Below are positions 6,487-14,788 of a stretch of DNA of 17,688 nt, in pieces. A program made the translations under genes and the position numbers. Location: assembly GCA_036479435.1 (NCBI GenBank), contig JAZGFI010000074.1, forward strand, positions 1-17,688. The letters run 5' to 3'. Under the pieces are notes generated by a model. The model had not been told where the DNA came from, searched no databases, and saw only the letters and a program-made list of their open reading frames with translations. Within the stretch, counting starts at the first letter, position 1; every line of letters begins with the position of its first letter. The DNA is from Planctomycetota bacterium. Lineage in GTDB: Bacteria; Planctomycetota; GCA-002687715; DRQF01.

Positions 6487-7920
6487 CTAGCCCAAACGCA
6501 GGTCATTTTTCGTGGATCGCCTGAAGACGCCTTCATCAATCCGAAAACGACGGATCTTTTTCCAAAGGGTCACTCGGCTTATGCCAAGGGCCTCGGCACT
6601 CTTGGTGCGGTTCCAGTCGTGGGCGTCCAAAGCCGCGAGAATGCGGAGGCGTTCGGCGCCTTGCTGATCTTTCATCGTCGAGTATTTTGACGATGAAGAG
6701 CGTATATCGCCAATCTCTTGAACGATCGCCGGCAGATCAGAGGCAGAGATGACCTCACCACGCTGCACGACCAGAGCGTGCTCCATGGCATTTTGAAGTT
6801 CGCGGACGTTTCCCGGCCATGGATAACGTTGAAGGCTGTCCAGAGCGCCGATCGAAATCCTCGCTGATTGGCGGCCTTGCCGCTGAGTAGCCTGGTCAAG
6901 AAAGTGCTGAGCGAGCGGTGCCAAATCTTCAACGCGGTCCCGTAGCGGCGGCATGTGAACATCGTACACGCGGATTCGATAGTAAAAATCTTCTCGAATG
7001 GCTCCCGCCGCGACCAACTCCCTCAAGTCACGGTTGGTTGCCGTCACCAAGCGAACATCAATCGGCACGGCGACGTCAGCCCCTACCCGACGCACTTCGC
7101 GTTCTTGAAGACAACGGAGGAGCTTCAATTGCAAAAGCGGACTCACGTCGCCAATTTCGTCCAAAAACAGGGTGCCACCGTTTGCCGTCTCGAAGACTCC
7201 AGCGCGGTTGCGGGTAGCACCGGTGAAGGCGCCCTTGAGATGACCGAATAACTCGCTCTCGAGCAAGGGCTCCGGAATCGCGGAGCAGTTGATCGCCACA
7301 AAGGGCTTGGATCGCCGCGCGCCGAGATCGTGGATCGCTCGCGCTGCTAATTCCTTCCCGGTTCCCGACTCGCCGGTGATGCAAGTGGTCACATCACTGT
7401 CGGCCGCTAATTGCAGGCGCCGAAAAACTTCTTCCATGGCGTGACTTTGTCCCACCAATTTCCCCAAGCCTTTAGTGGCTTTCGGGGCCAAAGCAACTGT
7501 CTCGCCTCGACGTAGATCCGTGAGGTCGACAAAAGTGACGATGGCACCCCGCACGGGCTCATTCGCAGTACGAATCGACCGCCCGTTCACTAACAGCCGA
7601 AGCTCGGTGGAATCCGAGGCATAGATCCTCAACTCCAAGTTGCTGATTTGGGATCTTTCGCCATTGGCGAGGTCAAGAATTGCCTGCTTGGCCTGGCTGC
7701 CCTGCCCCTCGAACACCCGCTGCCAAGCCTCACCGGTGAGATCCTCGTAGGCAAAGCCGGTGATCTTCTCGGCCCCGAGGCTCCAAGCACCAAGCTCTCC
7801 ATCAGTGTCGATGGTGAAGACACCAAGCTCGGAAATTCCGCCCAAGTGCGCACAGACGCCAGAATCTGAGTCGAGACTCAAAGAAAAGCGTTTCGATTCG
7901 GACTTTTTCGTCGGGGCCAT
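6487..7920 (-). CDS. Sigma54-dependent enhancer-binding activator (PAS - AAA+ - Fis-type HTH)
   Basis: Walker A GESGTGKE, ESELFGHLKGAFTGA, Walker B LFLDEIG, QLKLLR, WPGNVREL, HTH WNRTKSAEALGISRVTLWKKI. The N-terminal region is PAS-like (GVFTIDTDG...W..GAEKITG). Start taken at ATG 7920 to avoid overlap with the divergent kinase. Confidence 0.93.
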   Translation of the reverse strand: MAPTKKSESKRFSLSLDSDSGVCAHLGGISELGVFTIDTDGELGAWSLGAEKITGFAYEDLTGEAWQRVFEGQGSQAKQAILDLANGERSQISNLELRIYASDSTELRLLVNGRSIRTANEPVRGAIVTFVDLTDLRRGETVALAPKATKGLGKLVGQSHAMEEVFRRLQLAADSDVTTCITGESGTGKELAARAIHDLGARRSKPFVAINCSAIPEPLLESELFGHLKGAFTGATRNRAGVFETANGGTLFLDEIGDVSPLLQLKLLRCLQEREVRRVGADVAVPIDVRLVTATNRDLRELVAAGAIREDFYYRIRVYDVHMPPLRDRVEDLAPLAQHFLDQATQRQGRQSARISIGALDSLQRYPWPGNVRELQNAMEHALVVQRGEVISASDLPAIVQEIGDIRSSSSKYSTMKDQQGAERLRILAALDAHDWNRTKSAEALGISRVTLWKKIRRFRIDEGVFRRSTKNDLRLG

Positions 7921-8048
7921 GGGAACAGTCTCGCATGCCTTGACTACATGTTTCAAGGTGTCTGGTGCCGGACACGGTTCACGACAGCCTCTTGCCGCCG
8001 CCAGGGATGGATGATGTAATTCGAGTTCCATACTCTGCGGCAGGTCTA

Positions 8049-10763
8049 ATGAACGAATCCGAAGATGAAACTCGTGTAGTAAACCCCGGCGGCGAAGATT
8101 CGAAGCCCAGCGAGGAGACCGCGAACGCCGAGACCATCGCCGACGAGGTCACCACCGATGCGGCGAGCGCGGCGAACGCAAAAGGGATGCGCAAACCTTC
8201 CGCAGCTGCGATGATTGCCCACTATCGCCTCGATCGAGAGCTCGGACGAGGAGGGCAAGGGGCGGTCTATCTGGCTCACGACACGCGGCTTGCTCGCCCC
8301 GTGGCGCTCAAGATCTTGACCGCACAACTCGCTCACTCCCCCACGGCGCGCCTGCGTTTTCAGCGTGAGGCCGAAATCGCTTCTCGGCTCGATCACCCGG
8401 GTATTTGCACGATTTACGATGCCGGTGAGGATCAGGGCACGCTTTTCATCGCAATGCGCTACGTCGAGGGTTTACCCTTGGATCGGCGCATCAAAGACGC
8501 AAGTGAACGTGTCGCGCAAAGCAAGGGATCTGCCATCGCTGATGTCACGTCTGCCGATGGGGAAACGTCGCCAACCGGGCTCGAGGACATCAAGAAAACG
8601 CTCGACTTCTTCGACAAGGCCCTTGCCGCGCTCCAGGTCGCACACGACGCGGGCCTCGTGCACCGCGATATCAAGCCCGGAAACATCATGGTGACCAAAC
8701 GGGGAGAGCCCGTGATCCTCGACTTTGGGCTCGCGCGCCTCGATGACTTGGACGGGCCAACGCTCACCCAAAGCGGCGACCTACTGGGCACTCCGGCCTA
8801 CATGTCACCAGAGCAGATTTCCAAACCCGCGCACCTGATCGATACCCGAACCGACATCTACTCGATCGCCGTCAGTCTTTACGAAAGCCTCTCTTTGACG
8901 CGGCCCTTTGTGGCCGCAACCAGAGAGCAGCTCTACCGAGCAATCTTGATTGGCAGTCCGTCTGATATCAGAATTCTCAATCCCAAGATTCCCGTCGATC
9001 TCAAAGTGGTCTTGGACCGCGCTCTCGAAAAAGACAGCGATCGACGCTACGCATCCGCCGAATTGTTCGGCGCTGACTTGCGCGCCATCATCGAGGGGCG
9101 CCCCGTTTCTGCAAAACCCATTTCTGCGGCGGGCCGCGCCTGGCGCTGGTGCAAAAGAAGGCCCGCGAAAGCCGCGCTGATCGCCGTCTCAGCCGCCGCG
9201 GCGCTTGTTCTCGTAGGCCTGGGCTTGTTCATGTTGGGACGGCAGCCTCTCGTGGATCAAGCCCGTGAAGCCAAGGCAAGGCGTGAAGTCGATTCGCGAC
9301 TTGAACAAGCGTTTTTGTTACGCGACTCGGGCCGCGTTGAAGAAGCCTCATCTTTGTTGCAAGACGCCACTCTCAATGGAAGTCTCGTCCCTGAAGCCCT
9401 AGCCGCAATGCTCGCGGACTTGATCTCAAAAGACCGTCACGCCGAGGCCCTAGAACTGGCCCAACAACACCGAGAAGTGGTCGAGCCTAGCGCAGGGCTA
9501 CGCTTGATGCGGCAGTACTGCAAAGCGCGTGTCGCAGGCAAAACAGAGCACAATGCGCTCCTCGCGACTTTTTCTCTCAAGCCGAAAGATGAGGTCGACT
9601 ATTTCATCTTCGCTCTTCGCGAGGAAGCCATGGCTAAACGAGAGGTCCCGGGGGCGGCACGCAGAGCGCGTGACCACATGATCCAGGCCGTCTTCCGGGC
9701 CCCCGTGGCTCGCCCTCTCTTTCACTTTCGTTTGGCTGAACTTGCCGCGGAAGCTGGCGATAAGAAAACCGTGAGGGCCATGGCCGCGACCTTGATCGGC
9801 CGTTGGCCCGACAAGGCCGTGGCGCACTACTGGGCGGGACAATCGCTCTTGGTGGTGGGCAAAACCAAAGAGTCGCGCGCGCACTTTGAGCACGCCATCG
9901 AGCTCGATCAGAGATTCGTGCCAGCCTTTGTGGGTCTAGCGATTGCGCAGAACCGAAATGGCGATACGAGCGCAGCGATGATGAATCTCGCGACGGCGAT
10001 AAAACTAGACGACAAAGACCCCGCATCCCGTCGCGTCATGGGAGAGTTTCACCGAGCGGCAGAGAAATTTAGCCAGGCCGCCATTTCCTACCGTGCATCG
10101 CTCGCCATCGACCCCAACGACGACGACACTTGGTACGCACTTGGCGAATGCCAGGCCGCACTGGGCAACATGAGCGGCGCGGCTGAAAACTACACGAAAG
10201 CCTGGGAAATCGACCCCGACTATGCGCCGTTTTCTTTCCGATTGGCAGAAGCACTGTCCGCAGCGAGCAAGCCCGATGAGGCGATTGCCGCCGCCCGCCG
10301 AGGAGCCAAGACCAACCTGACCGTCGCCCTCGCGCAGGCCGACTTCTGGACCGAGTCAAACTTTGCGGCCCTGCCGGCGGCGATTCTCGAAGAAGCCCAC
10401 CGGATCGATCCCAAGCTCAAAAGCCATGACGAGGTCGGCGAACTCGCGCTGCTCGCGCTGCGAATTCAGGCCGGTCTCGGCAAGTCCTTAGATGTTCAAG
10501 GTTTGACGGCGAAGGCTCGGCGGGACTACCGAGATCTGGCCCGCATTGCCGCCAAGAAGTTCACCATTGACTGGCGGCAACAAGCGAAAGGCAGTCTCTT
10601 GGTCCGCGCAAGGCTGAACAACACTCTGCGCAAAGTGCGGGCTCACGCCTCCTTCAAGATGTTGACCGATCCCATCTTTCGCCGCAGCCTCAACTCCGAT
10701 GAGAAGCTCCTCTGGGCGCCGGTTATTGCCGACTTAGTCGAGCTCTTGAAGAGCCTTGAGTAA
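8049..10763 (+). CDS. Hanks-type Ser/Thr protein kinase with a TM helix and C-terminal TPR repeats
   Basis: [39 protein letters not shown]; hydrophobic helix [25 protein letters not shown] patterns ([28 protein letters not shown]). Start uncertain; ATG 8049 preferred over 7965. Confidence 0.92.
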   Translation: MNESEDETRVVNPGGEDSKPSEETANAETIADEVTTDAASAANAKGMRKPSAAAMIAHYRLDRELGRGGQGAVYLAHDTRLARPVALKILTAQLAHSPTARLRFQREAEIASRLDHPGICTIYDAGEDQGTLFIAMRYVEGLPLDRRIKDASERVAQSKGSAIADVTSADGETSPTGLEDIKKTLDFFDKALAALQVAHDAGLVHRDIKPGNIMVTKRGEPVILDFGLARLDDLDGPTLTQSGDLLGTPAYMSPEQISKPAHLIDTRTDIYSIAVSLYESLSLTRPFVAATREQLYRAILIGSPSDIRILNPKIPVDLKVVLDRALEKDSDRRYASAELFGADLRAIIEGRPVSAKPISAAGRAWRWCKRRPAKAALIAVSAAAALVLVGLGLFMLGRQPLVDQAREAKARREVDSRLEQAFLLRDSGRVEEASSLLQDATLNGSLVPEALAAMLADLISKDRHAEALELAQQHREVVEPSAGLRLMRQYCKARVAGKTEHNALLATFSLKPKDEVDYFIFALREEAMAKREVPGAARRARDHMIQAVFRAPVARPLFHFRLAELAAEAGDKKTVRAMAATLIGRWPDKAVAHYWAGQSLLVVGKTKESRAHFEHAIELDQRFVPAFVGLAIAQNRNGDTSAAMMNLATAIKLDDKDPASRRVMGEFHRAAEKFSQAAISYRASLAIDPNDDDTWYALGECQAALGNMSGAAENYTKAWEIDPDYAPFSFRLAEALSAASKPDEAIAAARRGAKTNLTVALAQADFWTESNFAALPAAILEEAHRIDPKLKSHDEVGELALLALRIQAGLGKSLDVQGLTAKARRDYRDLARIAAKKFTIDWRQQAKGSLLVRARLNNTLRKVRAHASFKMLTDPIFRRSLNSDEKLLWAPVIADLVELLKSLE

Positions 10764-10854
10764 GGCGAAAGCAAGGACGCCGAATCTTCGCAGATCCGAC
10801 GCCGATTCTTGCGTGTTATGCTGCGCCTCTCATCCTCACCTAGGAGATACGAAG

Positions 10855-11433
10855 ATGTTTAAGACCCGACGCGCTCTGGCCACGCTCGCTATCACGATCG
10901 GCCTCGTGTTCACCGCCGCTATGGCCCCCGCTTTTCGGCCGCAAGAAATGCCGATGCCGCAAAAAGAACACAAAGAAATCCTAAAGTCCGTCGGCAACTG
11001 GGAGGGAACCCTCACCAGCTTCATGCCGGGCGCGCCCTCAGAACCGGTGGCCGCCAAAGAGACCGTCGTCGCGGTTGGCGGTTTTTGGACTCAGTCTCGT
11101 TTCGAATGCGAATTCGGTGGCGTGCCCTACGTGGGCACGGGCTGTGTGGGCTACGACCCCGCCAAAAAGAAGTACCTCGGCACTTGGATTGACTCCATGT
11201 CCACCGCCCTCGCGATCATGGAAGGCGACTACGACCCAAAAACCAAGTTGCACACGATGCGTTGGAATACGATCGATCACATCAGCGGCAAGCCGGTCCC
11301 GAGTCGGATGGAGATCGCCCACCAAGAGAACTCCTACACCAGCACCTTCTACATGGGTGAAGGAAAGGGAACCAAGATCATGGTCATCTCCATGAAGCGA
11401 AAGACCGCGACATCCAAGCCCACGTCGAGGTAG
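10855..11433 (+). CDS. DUF1579 family exported protein
   Basis: RBS AGGAG at 10842-10846; signal peptide MFKTRRALATLAITIGLVFTAAMAPA; motifs EHK.L...VGNW and GYDPAKKKYLGTWIDSMST. Confidence 0.82.
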   Translation: MFKTRRALATLAITIGLVFTAAMAPAFRPQEMPMPQKEHKEILKSVGNWEGTLTSFMPGAPSEPVAAKETVVAVGGFWTQSRFECEFGGVPYVGTGCVGYDPAKKKYLGTWIDSMSTALAIMEGDYDPKTKLHTMRWNTIDHISGKPVPSRMEIAHQENSYTSTFYMGEGKGTKIMVISMKRKTATSKPTSR

Positions 11434-11460
11434 TCCCCTCAGCTCTCAAGATGCGAACTC

Positions 11461-11501
11461 AAGGCCTCGCCGGCTACAATCCAGGCGAGGCCTTTTCGTT
11501 T
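11461..11501 (+). terminator. Rho-independent terminator
   Basis: AAGGCCTCGCC (11461-11471) pairs with GGCGAGGCCTT (11484-11494), followed by TTCGTTT; it starts 27 nt after the DUF1579 stop. Confidence 0.8.
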
Positions 11502-11560
11502 ACAAGCCAAACTTTCGGTGCGAGACTTTAGGCTAAGCTGATTGGAACGCCGAATAGGAA

Positions 11561-13219
11561 ATGAGAGCCAACATGAATCTTCAGATCATCGCGAGAAGTT
11601 GTGCGATCTTCGTGGCCCTTTTCCTGAATGCGAGCACGGCGGCACAGACGCTACCTCAACAGTTCCAATGGACGATTGCGACGCCTGGGGACTTCATGTT
11701 CGACGGTCGCCCCTTGGGGGATGTCGACGGCGACGGCCGGGCCGACGTGGCCTCAGTTTTACGGCGCCCCATCATCATGGGGACCGGAATGCTGCCGACT
11801 CCGGTCGCCTACGAGAACCACGTTGAGATCAGGTCGGGAGCAGACGGTAGTTCCATTGCGACGCTCGGCCCCTTTCTCACTTCTGTTCTGTCTTTCGTGG
11901 AGGTCGAAGTCCTCGACGCGGGGGACGTCAACGGAGACGGCCACGACGACATTGTGGTCGCCAATTCGCGTGAGCCTCTCTCCTTTGCTCCCGGCTCTCC
12001 CCTGCGCTCTGACGTCTTCGTGTTTTCAGGATTCGACGGCAGCGTGATCCACCACTGGGAACCTGTCGGCAGTCCGGTGTTCGGCTATGGCGCTGACATC
12101 AGCGGTGGCAAGGACTTTGACGGCGATGGTGTCTTTGACGTCCTGATTGGACAAGAGTTGGGTTTCAACAACGGAGCGACCCTCGAGATTCGTAGCGGCG
12201 CGACGGGATCGATCTTGCAGTCACTTTCGGTCGGCACCGGTTCCTACGCGAGTTCGGATTGGGTGGGCGACGTTAACGCCGATGGCATCCTCGACGTCGC
12301 GGTGGGAACGTTCGCGTCGCCGGGCAATAAAGGCGAAGTCCGCGTCCTATCCGGCTTCGACAACAGCGTGCTTCTCAGCGCAAACGGGCAGCAAAACATG
12401 GACTACTTCGGCAGCCATTTGTCCAACCTTGGCGACGTCAACGGCGACGGGCTCGACGACTTGCTAGTTTACGCTCTGGATCGCGCGAACCTCTCCACTC
12501 CCAGCGGGGGCTGGTTCGGCGTGTTTGAGCAAGACGGCAGCCTCATCTACGAAATCTTCCCGGCGGGGCTCGACGGCTACTCCCAAGATCGTCGAAGTTC
12601 GGTGGGCGATCTGAACGGCGACGGCGTTAAGGACTTCAGCGCTCGGCTCATGACGCAGCGTTCACCTTTGGGCCCGATCTCCGAATTCGCGAGCCGCATT
12701 TTCTCCGGGGCCGATGGCAGCGTCCTCAGCGATGTCCCCATCCGGGGCACGATCGTCTCTGACACCAACGGCGATGGCATTGCTGAGTTCATGTGGTCGA
12801 CTTTCCCCAACCTTTCGCTCAGCCAGCCCATCGTTACTGTCGAGAGCTTCATGGGCGTCAACGCCTACGGCGCAGCTCCGGCTGCCTTGACCTTGGCCTG
12901 GGAGCCGCGGCCTCAGCGCCCTCAGTGGGGCGACTACGTCGTCGATGGTGCAACGCCCAACGCGATGATCCTCGCCGCAGTTAGCGCCGCTCCGGCCAAC
13001 GGGACCCTGGGCGGCACCGGACTTCCGCTCTACCTTTCACCGCTCCCGGCAGACCTCATTTTGACCGCCAATGTCATGGCAGATTCCAGCGGTCAGTATC
13101 GAGTCTTCGAAAGCCTGTCGAAGCCTGCTCTGGCGGGATTCCGGGTCTATCTTCAGGTTGCCGAGACATCCCCCTTCCTCATCACGTCGAATGCCCTGGA
13201 GGTTCGATTCGGGCCCTAG
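11561..13219 (+). CDS. Exported FG-GAP/integrin-alpha-like beta-propeller protein with a C-terminal extension
   Basis: Signal peptide ending in STAA-Q. Seven D-x-D/N-G/A-D-G loops (GDVDGDG, GDVNGDG, KDFDGDG, GDVNADG, GDVNGDG, GDLNGDG, SDTNGDG) and a recurring SG(A/F)(D/T)(G/N)S motif. Alternative start at ATG 11573. Confidence 0.85.
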   Translation: MRANMNLQIIARSCAIFVALFLNASTAAQTLPQQFQWTIATPGDFMFDGRPLGDVDGDGRADVASVLRRPIIMGTGMLPTPVAYENHVEIRSGADGSSIATLGPFLTSVLSFVEVEVLDAGDVNGDGHDDIVVANSREPLSFAPGSPLRSDVFVFSGFDGSVIHHWEPVGSPVFGYGADISGGKDFDGDGVFDVLIGQELGFNNGATLEIRSGATGSILQSLSVGTGSYASSDWVGDVNADGILDVAVGTFASPGNKGEVRVLSGFDNSVLLSANGQQNMDYFGSHLSNLGDVNGDGLDDLLVYALDRANLSTPSGGWFGVFEQDGSLIYEIFPAGLDGYSQDRRSSVGDLNGDGVKDFSARLMTQRSPLGPISEFASRIFSGADGSVLSDVPIRGTIVSDTNGDGIAEFMWSTFPNLSLSQPIVTVESFMGVNAYGAAPAALTLAWEPRPQRPQWGDYVVDGATPNAMILAAVSAAPANGTLGGTGLPLYLSPLPADLILTANVMADSSGQYRVFESLSKPALAGFRVYLQVAETSPFLITSNALEVRFGP

Positions 13220-13255
13220 TATTCGCAGCTCTCAAGGCACAGAGAACCAAAGACC

Positions 13256-14680
13256 ATGCACAGCGCTGAATGCGATGGATGCAGCAAGACCTGGCAGGTG
13301 CCCGCCGCCAACCGCCCCTACAAATGCAAAGAATGTGGTGGACGCGTCAGCGTGCCCATTGAGTGGACGGAGACGAGGACAGCCTATGACGAGGCGCCGC
13401 CCAAATCACCGGCGCCGCAAAATGAGATGAGATCTTCGCGCCAAAAGATGCGCAAAGACGGAGACCACGAACGCCAAGATGACATCTTGACGATTCGAAA
13501 GTCGCGGCGGGTCATCGTTTTTCTAAAGACTTGGTTCGGATTCTCAGCATTCCTCGCCGTCATTCACATTGCTCTTTTGGTGCTGCTGCTCGTGGCTGTC
13601 GCAATCGTGACTGAGAACGGATCCGAGGACGTCGAGATCGAGACTGAGACTGAGGCTATCGAGTTCGGATTCATCATCTTGATCGGACTCGGCATCGCTT
13701 GTGCTAAGCTGTTTGTTTCATTCGCCGGGTTCTTGAGAGCCAAGCTTGAGCCTTTCCTTTGGGCGTTCATCTTGACCTCCTTGCAAGGATTTTCCGTCCT
13801 CGTTCATCTCCTGGATTTTGAGCTACGCGCGGTTATCTTCCAGAGCGTACTCATGGCACTATTCGTTGGCCTAACGATTCAGGCCAAAGCACTCCAAGAA
13901 GCGCTCGACAGCAACCCCGACCTTTTCACTAGTCTGAGCGGAGCCAAGCGACACGCGAAGGGAAAAGTCAGGGCCGCTGCATCGGCGCGAAAATCCCGCG
14001 CCCGCAGTTCTTCGGGAGCTTTGACGGTGCTGGGGATTGTGGGGGCACTCACGATCGCCTTGATGGTTGGTCTGTACCTTACATTGAAGACGGAGAACAT
14101 CGAGGATCGCGCAGAAAGTTTCGAGCAAGCTTGGAACAACGAAGGGGCCGACAAGATCACTGCCTTCGGCGCGGGCAGTAAGGGTGCGAGTCGTTTGCAA
14201 AAACGCTTGTCGGAACGCGGCTGGAGCAGCAAGCGCCCTGTAATTCGTGATGCCAGAATCGAGAAAGAGGGGCGAGTACAGCTTGTCTCTTTCAAGATGG
14301 GAAAGGACACCTTCACCACGCGCTGGGCGCGCTCTGAAAAGACCTGGATCATCACGAAGTTCGACATGCCCGCCGCCAGGACCACTGAGTCTCTCGATGA
14401 GAAAGTGCGGAGCTTCGCAGTTGCGTGGAACTCAGGTGACGTCGAGATCATCAGCAACTTTTTCGCACCCGACCGACGGGCTCGTTTCAAGAAATCCCTG
14501 AAATGCAAATTCGATCGCGAGGACTGGCACGGCAAGGCTCCGAAGTCCGCGCCCACCGGCCGACGCGAAGACCGCAAAAAGTCCTCCTACATCTACTTAG
14601 AGACCGAAGCTGGCGTCGTCCGCACCTCTTGGAAAGTGCAGAAGGGCCATTGGTTTTTGATCGGCATCAGATTCCCCTGA
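13256..14680 (+). CDS. Hypothetical membrane protein: N-terminal Zn ribbon, ~5 TM helices, two tandem C-terminal domains
   Basis: CDGC...CKEC at the N-terminus, five hydrophobic segments, and a duplicated SFxxAWN...TxW(x6)W domain. Confidence 0.8.
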   Translation: MHSAECDGCSKTWQVPAANRPYKCKECGGRVSVPIEWTETRTAYDEAPPKSPAPQNEMRSSRQKMRKDGDHERQDDILTIRKSRRVIVFLKTWFGFSAFLAVIHIALLVLLLVAVAIVTENGSEDVEIETETEAIEFGFIILIGLGIACAKLFVSFAGFLRAKLEPFLWAFILTSLQGFSVLVHLLDFELRAVIFQSVLMALFVGLTIQAKALQEALDSNPDLFTSLSGAKRHAKGKVRAAASARKSRARSSSGALTVLGIVGALTIALMVGLYLTLKTENIEDRAESFEQAWNNEGADKITAFGAGSKGASRLQKRLSERGWSSKRPVIRDARIEKEGRVQLVSFKMGKDTFTTRWARSEKTWIITKFDMPAARTTESLDEKVRSFAVAWNSGDVEIISNFFAPDRRARFKKSLKCKFDREDWHGKAPKSAPTGRREDRKKSSYIYLETEAGVVRTSWKVQKGHWFLIGIRFP

Positions 14681-14788
14681 AGCCTCTAACTTCGCTGAAC
14701 CTTGATCCCTCGTCTTCGTTGAGGTTTCGGGGCGGCGCCCAAATGATGGCGGCCTCGGCACACGCACGGTTGGATTGAGGTTTTGTCG

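Noticed and set aside
7992..8020. Sigma70 promoter TTGCCG-N17-TGTAAT for the kinase
   Set aside because: The -10 box lacks the critical A at position 2; too weak to call.
7965..8031. Head-to-head overlap of the kinase and activator ORFs
   Set aside because: Probably an artefact of longest-ORF start choice; ATGs at 7920 and 8049 remove the overlap.
13634..13663. GAGACT micro-repeat (EIETETEAIE) as a phase-variable tract
   Set aside because: Only about two exact units, in frame, within an acidic loop.
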